This document shows, in pieces, positions 8,554 to 15,916 of a stretch of DNA of 64,000 nt (positions are counted from its first letter, which is position 1; the number at the start of each line of letters is the position of its first letter). Location of the stretch: the NCBI GenBank assembly GCA_963768145.1, contig CAVYHK010000031.1, positions 8,187 to 72,186 on the forward strand. Reading direction: 5' to 3'. Under the pieces are notes generated by a model. It worked only from the letters and a program-made list of their open reading frames with translations, did not search any database and was not told the DNA's origin. The position numbers and the translations under genes are program-made. The DNA comes from an uncultured Bacteroidota bacterium (GTDB lineage Bacteria; Bacteroidota; Ignavibacteria; Kryptoniales; JAKASW01).

Positions 8554-9225
8554 ATGAAAACAACTTCTATCCGAATCCTTGGTCTCATTGGCCTGGGAGC
8601 AGCTCTTCTCATGTTCGTTGGTGACATGTGTCTGTATGGACATTTTGGGAATGGTGGCGATGCTATCTCCAAGCTTGTCATTTCAAATGAATCCGATACC
8701 CGTATTGTAGTTGGCGGATTCATCGGCCCGATTGCTGCCATCTTGTACTGTGTCGGATTCTTCTCTGTTTATTTCATGATATCCCCGAGAAGCCGGATGT
8801 TAGCTATCGTGATTGCAGGGGGCGCGGCCGCAGTGATGGCAATTGGAGGCGCTTATCATGCCATGTGGAGTATACGAGCCTTCCTGATCAAAGCTGGCCT
8901 GTCATCTGGCGATTATCAAGCATTGTATAGCCAAATCAAAGACTACACGTTACTTTTCTACAACACAATGTTTGCAGGCGCAGAAGTGATTTCTCTGCTC
9001 CTGTTGTTTGCTGTTCTATCCGGCAGATCGCTTTATCCGAGATGGAGCGTCGTTGTCAATCCCGGAATCCTTCTCCTGTTGAGACCGCTCGCCGATCTTA
9101 TCCCAGCGCCTCTGGGTGCGATCGTCTCGGGTGGGTATCTCAATCTCATGTTTGTTGTTTTTTTCTCAGTGAGTGTCTTGGTAACTCGATCGGCCGACGA
9201 TACGCTCCAGACGCACGGCGCATGA
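8554..9225 (+). CDS. Multi-pass membrane protein (DUF6796-like from memory), cassette 5
   Basis: aaggag RBS; 223 aa with about 6 TM segments. Confidence 0.8.
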   Translation: MKTTSIRILGLIGLGAALLMFVGDMCLYGHFGNGGDAISKLVISNESDTRIVVGGFIGPIAAILYCVGFFSVYFMISPRSRMLAIVIAGGAAAVMAIGGAYHAMWSIRAFLIKAGLSSGDYQALYSQIKDYTLLFYNTMFAGAEVISLLLLFAVLSGRSLYPRWSVVVNPGILLLLRPLADLIPAPLGAIVSGGYLNLMFVVFFSVSVLVTRSADDTLQTHGA

Positions 9226-9268
9226 CAGTGGTAACACCGACCCCGATTAGGAACATATCGGGGCAGGC

Positions 9269-9373
9269 AGTTCACGCATTCCATTTTTTTGGATAGAGGA
9301 GTTAACTCAACGCTGCACTCATTGTATATTCTAGTGGTTGCGTGGCGCCGCATAGTTGCCGCGGACGTTAACC
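9269..9373 (+). repeat. Degenerate attC-like site 5
   Basis: Right end cGTTaaccgcaacgc fits the family consensus; left end ggcagttcac only weakly complements the cassette-5 start; arms not conserved. Confidence 0.4.
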
Positions 9374-9442
9374 GCAACGCGGCTGAAAATTTCGACAACA
9401 AAAAGGACGAGTCTATCATCGTAACACTCCAATGAGAAGGAG

Positions 9443-9811
9443 ATGTCTCCAATGACGCGATTCCTGAAGCGATTGCTGTTTTGGTCACCAAGAGTGCTCA
9501 GTATTCTGTTTGTTCTGTTTATCAGTTTGTTTGCGTTGGATGTGTTTAATGAGGGCCACGGGTTTTGGCAAACGCTGCTGGCTCTCCTTATACACTTAAT
9601 CCCAACAGTACTTGTCATCATCGCAGTTGTAATTTCCTGGCATCGGGAATGGATTGGAGCGGTGTTGTTTACTGGCGGCGGACTGTGGTACCTGTTGGCG
9701 AACTTGAGGCACTTCTCCTGGATACTGACGATTTCTGGCCCGATGTTGTTGATTGGCATCCTGTTCTTACTAAGTTGGCTGTATCGGAAGGACCTTCGAA
9801 TCAGCTCGTGA
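9443..9811 (+). CDS. Small 4-TM membrane protein
   Basis: aaggag RBS; WSPRVLSILFVLFISLFALDVF start and hydrophobic pattern of a conserved hypothetical family. Confidence 0.8.
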   Translation: MSPMTRFLKRLLFWSPRVLSILFVLFISLFALDVFNEGHGFWQTLLALLIHLIPTVLVIIAVVISWHREWIGAVLFTGGGLWYLLANLRHFSWILTISGPMLLIGILFLLSWLYRKDLRISS

Positions 9812-9952
9812 GATGGCGACAAAACCAAAATATTTGCAGTGCCACCGTTCGCTTTAGTATTTTGTAGCAGCGCCACGCCCCAGCATTAATTGAGTGCTCG
9901 GGTACGTGTGTTTTCTGCTTATATCAAAACGATACCAAGGAGGAATCAACTT

Positions 9953-10390
9953 ATGAACGAAACTCTTCAGTACGCCGGATTTTGGCGTCGCTTTTCCGCC
10001 TATGTAATTGACAGCGTCGTCATTGCTTTCGCTCTCGACCAGTTAGGTACTCTCTTCTGGAGCATGTTAGCACTGTCATCCAATAGCTACGAAATTCAGG
10101 GTCAGTATCATGCAATATACTTGTTGGTGATGTCCGTTCCACTCGGGTGGATGTACTTCAGCGGTATGGAGAGTTCGCCGCTTCAGGCCACGGTTGGAAA
10201 GCTGGTTGTTGGCCTCTACGTGACCGATTTGCAGGGGCAGAGAATCTCTTTCGGGCGTGCCACCGGCCGATTCTTTGCGAAGGTTCTGTCAGGCATGATA
10301 ATCCTAATCGGCTACCTGATTGCTGGGGCCACACAAAAGAAGCAAGCGCTTCACGACATGATGGCGAGCTGCTTAGTCCTGCGGAAATAA
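9953..10390 (+). CDS. RDD family membrane protein
   Basis: YAGFWRRFSAYVID, QATVGK, QALHD motifs; aaggagg RBS before ATG 9953. Confidence 0.92.
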   Translation: MNETLQYAGFWRRFSAYVIDSVVIAFALDQLGTLFWSMLALSSNSYEIQGQYHAIYLLVMSVPLGWMYFSGMESSPLQATVGKLVVGLYVTDLQGQRISFGRATGRFFAKVLSGMIILIGYLIAGATQKKQALHDMMASCLVLRK

Positions 10391-10432
10391 GTGGTTCAGA
10401 ATGGATTGACGTAACATGAATGAGGCAATCAA

Positions 10433-11635
10433 ATGCATAATCCTATGATGGGAACTCTCTACCAAATGGGACTTCGGTTGAAGAGATGCAAGTGGATCTT
10501 GATCGCTTTGCTGACCATTTTTGTGCGGGGGGTCTCTGCCCAGGGTTTCGAACAGTTTCTTCACAGGCTCGAATCTCTGCCTGAGTCAGACAGAGCGGCG
10601 ACGGTGGACAGCCTCCTCACGGTAACGAAGTCATTTCCGATTATCGAGCAAGACACCGTCGTCCACTACATCTACAACGGTCCAGCGAAGAAGGTTTCGG
10701 TCCCGGGTGACGTGAACGGATGGAAACCTGACTCGATGCCGATGACGCAAATCGGTGGGACGAGCCTATGGTACCTGACTCAGAACTACCCCGCTGACGC
10801 AAGATTGGAGTACAAGTACGTTGTCGACGATACGATCTGGATTCTCGATCCGCGTAACTCGAATCAAGCGATCGAAGGATTCGGTCCAAATTCTGAATTG
10901 AGGATGCCAGAATATACTCCGCCACCCGAGATAGAGTATTACCCGAATATCGCGCATGGCACCGTGGCTGACACAATCTGGTACAGCTCAAATATTTCGA
11001 ACAAAAGGAAGATCGAGGTATATCTGCCTGCCGGCTACGCCTCTATATCGGATAGTTTCCCGGTTGTCTATTTTCAAGATGGATCTGAAGCCGTGTCGCT
11101 GGAAAAAGCTGAGAACATTATCGACTACCTCATTTCCAAAAAGTTGATTCGACCTGTAATTGCTGTCTTCGTCCCGCCGATGAATCGCAATGCAGAATAT
11201 GCGGGGGATCAGGTGAGTCTGTTCATGAATTTCTTTGTAGACGAGCTTGTCAACTTTGTGGACACACATTACCGAACGGTCAAGAACCCGATGGGTAGGG
11301 CAGTGATCGGGGCTTCGTTCGGAGGAAATATCTCCTTATGGTTGGCAGCCAGGCATAATGAAATTTTCGGAAACGTTGCCGCACAGTCGAGTTATGTCGA
11401 TCCGCAACTTGAGCGGATTTTCCAGGATGGGCCGATGCTGAATCTGAAAATCCATCTCGATGTTGGGACTTATGACATGCCTGAACTCATTCCGATGGTG
11501 AATGATTTACATTCAATTCTGCAAGCGCGTGGTTACATGTTTGAATACGGCGAGTACCATGAAGGCCACAGTTGGGGGAGCTGGCGAGCAAGGATTAGAA
11601 ATGCCCTGGAGTTCTTCTTCCCTGCAAAGGGTTAG
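10433..11635 (+). CDS. Fes/enterochelin-esterase-like alpha/beta hydrolase with N-terminal Ig-like (CBM48/E-set) domain
   Basis: GASFGG nucleophile elbow, EGHSW catalytic His, LEYKYVVD...DPRN; signal peptide (start could be a downstream Met). Confidence 0.88.
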   Translation: MHNPMMGTLYQMGLRLKRCKWILIALLTIFVRGVSAQGFEQFLHRLESLPESDRAATVDSLLTVTKSFPIIEQDTVVHYIYNGPAKKVSVPGDVNGWKPDSMPMTQIGGTSLWYLTQNYPADARLEYKYVVDDTIWILDPRNSNQAIEGFGPNSELRMPEYTPPPEIEYYPNIAHGTVADTIWYSSNISNKRKIEVYLPAGYASISDSFPVVYFQDGSEAVSLEKAENIIDYLISKKLIRPVIAVFVPPMNRNAEYAGDQVSLFMNFFVDELVNFVDTHYRTVKNPMGRAVIGASFGGNISLWLAARHNEIFGNVAAQSSYVDPQLERIFQDGPMLNLKIHLDVGTYDMPELIPMVNDLHSILQARGYMFEYGEYHEGHSWGSWRARIRNALEFFFPAKG

Positions 11636-13077
11636 GTTGCTTTGGTGAACGGCCATTCTTTCTTTGAATATGCCCGAACGAAATATGCGACCAGTCCGGC
11701 GACCAAGATTATTGCTGCATATTCTATCTGCTGACAGAAATTATGTCGTAAGAAAAGCACGAATAGAAATCCAGCGAGTGAGATAACTGCAGGGATCGGA
11801 TAAAGCCACATCTTGAAGGGGCGCGGCGTGTCCGGGTGCTTCCGCCTCCAGACCAATAGGCCGACCGTTTGTGAGAGGAACTGTATGACTATTCTTATGA
11901 CGACAAGCGCCGCAATCACTTCCGCAAGACTCAAAAAGCAAAATAAAGCCGCTACGAATCCGAGCGTAAGAAGCGAGACATAGGGAAATTGATGCTCCTT
12001 GTGAACCCGCCCGAAGATTTTGAAGAAGTTGCCGTCAAGCGAAGCTGCGTAAGGTATTCTTGAATATCCGAGAAGCAGTGAGAAGACCGATGCGAAAGCG
12101 GTCCACATTATCAAGAAAGTTGCAAGTTCGCCTGCCCAATTTCCATAGAGGCTTTCCATCATTGCTGAGATCAGAAAACGACTATCTTTCGTCCCGTCCA
12201 TTAGCTCCTGCCACGGAATGACGCCCAATATGCTCACGTTCATTACAATGTAAATAACCGCGACAAGTGCTATCGAAATCAGAATGGCGCGCGGGATTGT
12301 CTTTGTCGGCTCTTTAACTTCATCGCCTAAGAAACAGACGTTGTAGTATCCCCAGTAATCGTAAACCGAGATGAGCATTGCGGAGCCGAGTCCGAGGAAG
12401 AAATTTGGTGAGAGTGAGAATGCATCTCGCGGAAAATTAAATGCCACGGAACTCCTGAAGTGGGTGACCCCTGCGAAGATCACCCAGGCGATTGTTCCCA
12501 TCACGACAATCCAAAGGAACCGAGAGAGTTTGTTTATGGCGGTGATTTTCCTGTAGAGGAGAATCAAGGCAATAGCACAGGCAGAGATGGCTACAAACGT
12601 AAGTCCGCTGGCGGTCAGGTTAGCGTGGAGATCTTCTGCGAATGGAAGTGGGATGACAAAAATCGCTCGGCTGAGTTGCGGAAAGAAGTAAGTCGAGTAC
12701 TGTGCTAATCCAATACATCCTGAGGCAATCGAGAGCGGCGCGCTGAAAAGGAGCTGCCAGATGAAGAGGAAGGACATCATCTTTCCGAGCCTGCCTCGTC
12801 CATAGATTTCGCCGAGATAGTGGTACGTGCCGCCGGAGCCGGGAAGGGCGGCGCCAAGTTCTGCCCATACCATCCCGTCGCACATTGCGAGTATCGCTCC
12901 GAGTATCCATCCTAACATTGCCTGCGGTCCGCCCATCGCGGAGATGATCAGTGGGATTGTTATGAATGGCCCCACGCCGATCATGTCAATCATGTTGAGC
13001 GAAACCGCGCCTGAGAGGGTTAATCCTCTGAGAAGTTGCTGTGGTTTCTGGGGAGTTTCAGTGTCGGATTTGGTCAA
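11632..13077 (-). CDS. APC-family amino acid permease
   Basis: MIGVGPF, AELGAALPGSGG, GDEVKEPTKTIPRAI, RPFKMWLYP; about 12 TM. Confidence 0.93.
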   Translation of the reverse strand: MTKSDTETPQKPQQLLRGLTLSGAVSLNMIDMIGVGPFITIPLIISAMGGPQAMLGWILGAILAMCDGMVWAELGAALPGSGGTYHYLGEIYGRGRLGKMMSFLFIWQLLFSAPLSIASGCIGLAQYSTYFFPQLSRAIFVIPLPFAEDLHANLTASGLTFVAISACAIALILLYRKITAINKLSRFLWIVVMGTIAWVIFAGVTHFRSSVAFNFPRDAFSLSPNFFLGLGSAMLISVYDYWGYYNVCFLGDEVKEPTKTIPRAILISIALVAVIYIVMNVSILGVIPWQELMDGTKDSRFLISAMMESLYGNWAGELATFLIMWTAFASVFSLLLGYSRIPYAASLDGNFFKIFGRVHKEHQFPYVSLLTLGFVAALFCFLSLAEVIAALVVIRIVIQFLSQTVGLLVWRRKHPDTPRPFKMWLYPIPAVISLAGFLFVLFLRHNFCQQIEYAAIILVAGLVAYFVRAYSKKEWPFTKAT

Positions 13078-13130
13078 GCTGGACCCTATCGTGTAAGATT
13101 GGCTGTGACGTTGCGATAAAGAGCCGTGGA

Positions 13131-13245
13131 ACCTTGCGAAGGTCCCTGAGACTTCCGTGTCTCGAACGAGTTTTCGATTTTAGTCCCGACAGGGACTTTA
13201 TATTTTTAAAACTCAATACAAATGGGGATGCGTCCAGTAGGGACG
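13131..13245. repeat. REP-like palindromes left of tnpA remnant
   Basis: accttgcgaaggt (13131), agtcccgacagggact (13182), cgtccagtagggacg (13231). Confidence 0.7.
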
Positions 13246-13254
13246 AAATATTTT

Positions 13255-13634
13255 TCACACGATCTCCTTCAAGATATATCTCTCGTCAAAACGAATATTG
13301 AATTTGCTGAGCAGGCCGACATATTCATCGCGGAAGGATTGCTTTTTATGATGTTGCTCCTGATTGTTTATGTATTTAACCACTGCATCAATCTGAGAAT
13401 GGGAATACGAAAAGGCTCCATATCCCTCTTGCCATCTGAACTTGCCCCCTATGAAGTGTTTGTCGTTTATCCATGCTGAAGATGAACCCTTTATATCCTG
13501 AAGCAGATTCGGAATCAATTGGTGCGGCTTGTAGCCAATAAAAACGTGTAAATGGTTTGTTGTACCATTTATTGCAATTAGTTTATGACCGTTCGTCTGA
13601 ACAATACCTGTGATGTATTTGTATAGTTAGCCAT
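13255..13634 (-). pseudogene. tnpA: IS200/IS605-family (Y1 HUH) transposase pseudogene with 5' internal deletion
   Basis: ATG GCT AAC (MAN) at 13634 is out of frame with LYKYITGIVQ...NHLHVF...IKGSSS...WQEGYGAFSYS...YINNQEQHH; the usual TQIYIHxVF segment is absent. Confidence 0.85.
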
Positions 13635-13647
13635 TATTCTCCTCTCT

Positions 13648-13798
13648 CGTCCCTACGGGACGTTTTTCGGCCAAGAGGAACAATTATCTACAAATATCCT
13701 GTCCCTGACGGGACATTCTCGCAGCCACATTGGGTTCCGCTGAGCCATGAAACCTTGCGAAGGTTGCAACGCTTTTGCTGCGATACCTTCGCAAGGTT
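13648..13798. repeat. REP-like palindromes right of tnpA remnant
   Basis: cgtccctacgggacg (13648) and tgtccctgacgggaca (13700) are near reverse complements of the left-side pair; also aaccttgcgaaggtt (13751) and accttcgcaaggtt (13785). Confidence 0.7.
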
Positions 13799-13827
13799 GC
13801 AATGCTTTCGGAAGGCTGCCAAGGCTG

Positions 13828-15747
13828 TCAATGCCTTGCCTGAGAAATCAAATTGAATAATAGTTTGAGCCCGCCGTCGTTCAGAATTTTTACCTGCCTG
13901 TAAAGCGCGAGCGAGGTGTAAACATAGGTCCCTCTGCCGTACTGCGTCCAAAGAAGTGAGGTCGGGGGTTCGGTTTCATCTTCATCACTCATCGCCAGCA
14001 GCCTTTCATATTTGGCGGAAGTTTTCGTCGTATCTCCGTCGGGCAAGTAGATGTTTCTTTCCTGCACCCAGCCGTTCCAATCAGAAGGCACGATCTCATT
14101 CGGATAGTGGAACAAGCGATTTACGGGATCAAGGACCGTAACAGGTTGATCTTCTTCCGTAACCCGGTCACCCGTGACATCTATCGGGTAAGGCGCAAAA
14201 CTATGTCCATTCCACTCCTGAGGTCTGTCGTAAAAGCATACGACGTTGCCTCCGTTCATTATATAGTCGAGAATCCTGGCGTTGTATTTCACAAGATCAT
14301 GTCGATATAAATATGCTCTTATGTCAAGAACGATTGTGCTGAACTCGCTCAAGTTTTCCGAAGCGAGATCAGCTGAATCTATGAGCTGATATCTTATCCC
14401 GAAAGCATCGAATGTTTCCTGAAGAGTGTTGTCGTAAGTATTTACCAGTCCGATATAGTCGGTTGAGTCAAACTTTGCGTTGATATTCTTTAGATAAACC
14501 ACATCGTGCGTTGCAGCAAGTCCCGGTACGATCGTTTCCAGGTGAGGGACAACGTTAATAACCAGAGAATCGTCCGTGGCCACGGCGGTCGGCACCTCGA
14601 CATTTATTGCTATCTCGTCTCTTACCGCAGGTTGAAGTTCCTGATGTTCGACGTATAACCTATTCTCCCGCCAATTGACGATAATACTAAAGTCCACGTA
14701 TTTACCCGTGTGATTAAATGTGTCGAGATGATAAGCCAGTTTGTAAGTCTCGTCCCTGTTCGGTTGGTTCCGAATCAAGGAGTACTTCGGTGACACGAAG
14801 ATTGAGAACGGCTTCAACGGGACTGCGTACCCTTCAGGAAGGACTGCTGTTTGTCTCGATGAAGGCTTGATTCCGGAAAATAAATTATACGGGTCGTACG
14901 GATATTTCCCGTCACTGCGGACCAGTTGATAAACCGGCTGCTTGAACGGGCCCGGTAGTTTTGTGAAGTCTAATTTGTCCAGCCCTTGCGTGCGGTGTTT
15001 CTTCAACGCATCCCATGCAATCTGTTGGATTGTTTCCATTCCATATTTCGTGTCCGAAGGAATTGTTACAAGCGAATCCTTCTTTAAGTCGGACTCTCGA
15101 AACACTCGAAAGAACAACTTCTTTACCCGCCACGGGGCGAGTCCCTGGCGAAATTGTTCGGGATGATAAGCTGGATCGGCAGCTTTATCGAATGCCTCGT
15201 AAATTGTTATCCCGACGGCTTGATGATTCCCATGTTGGCGGTAGGGAAGAGTGGTTATTGTATCATGGTTCGTAATAATCACGTCGGGCTTGAGTGCGCG
15301 TATCATATAAACAATTCGGGAAAGCACGGAATCCTTCCCGCCCCACATCCGAAAAGTCTCCTTGGCTGTTTTTGAAAATCCGAAGTCGGGGAAGCCAAGG
15401 AAATAAGCCTGCGTCCCCAAGACCTTGGATGCGGCGAGAGTCTCTTCTGTGCGCATCTCGCCAAGTTCATCATAGAGTTCAGGACCGATTACGTTTTGTC
15501 CGCCTTCGCCGCGAGTGTAGAAAATGCTATAGGCCGTGATGCGTTTGATATGCGTGTAATATGCAAGACTCGCACCGCCTTCGTCATCGGGGTGAGCGGA
15601 GACGCACATGAGAACAAGACTGTCTTTGAAGCTGGCAGACCGCTGCTTTCCAGACGCGGGGAAAGGGAATGATAAAGCTAGCGCTGCGGTAAGCACTAAG
15701 AGATTCCTGCAAATGCTATTGTCCTTTAAAAGTTGTATGATGCTCAA
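13828..15747 (-). CDS. PIG-L/LmbE family deacetylase, secreted, with C-terminal GATase-like domain
   Basis: SAHPDDE, TRGEGGQN, DFGFSKT, HGNHQA motifs. Confidence 0.92.
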   Translation of the reverse strand: MSIIQLLKDNSICRNLLVLTAALALSFPFPASGKQRSASFKDSLVLMCVSAHPDDEGGASLAYYTHIKRITAYSIFYTRGEGGQNVIGPELYDELGEMRTEETLAASKVLGTQAYFLGFPDFGFSKTAKETFRMWGGKDSVLSRIVYMIRALKPDVIITNHDTITTLPYRQHGNHQAVGITIYEAFDKAADPAYHPEQFRQGLAPWRVKKLFFRVFRESDLKKDSLVTIPSDTKYGMETIQQIAWDALKKHRTQGLDKLDFTKLPGPFKQPVYQLVRSDGKYPYDPYNLFSGIKPSSRQTAVLPEGYAVPLKPFSIFVSPKYSLIRNQPNRDETYKLAYHLDTFNHTGKYVDFSIIVNWRENRLYVEHQELQPAVRDEIAINVEVPTAVATDDSLVINVVPHLETIVPGLAATHDVVYLKNINAKFDSTDYIGLVNTYDNTLQETFDAFGIRYQLIDSADLASENLSEFSTIVLDIRAYLYRHDLVKYNARILDYIMNGGNVVCFYDRPQEWNGHSFAPYPIDVTGDRVTEEDQPVTVLDPVNRLFHYPNEIVPSDWNGWVQERNIYLPDGDTTKTSAKYERLLAMSDEDETEPPTSLLWTQYGRGTYVYTSLALYRQVKILNDGGLKLLFNLISQARH

Positions 15748-15916
15748 ATTTCCTCCCAGAGCTTCTAAGTCAAATACTCAATTTCCATCTACGATTCTAA
15801 CATCCCAGGCGGTGCAAAAGTTTGTGACCCAGTAAGTTAAAATGTTCCATAGAAACTTTCTCGTTATGACTCAAAATTCTTTGATCGTCTGTTTATATTC
15901 CATCTGAGACATTATA

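Larger units (their letters stand above)
557..9373 (+). mobile_element. Integron-like gene cassette array (attC-like sites, no integrase in window; CALIN-like or distal part of a larger integron)
   Basis: Five clear and one degenerate related palindromic sites separate co-oriented + strand genes. Right ends share CGTTANNNGCMAYGC (one site ends ..GCAATTGC), and each cassette start is the reverse complement of its own end. Confidence 0.85.

Noticed and set aside
9812-9890. A seventh attC-like site after the 9443 gene
   Set aside because: No AAC/GTTA cores or family arms; only a weak aaaata/tatttt pairing.
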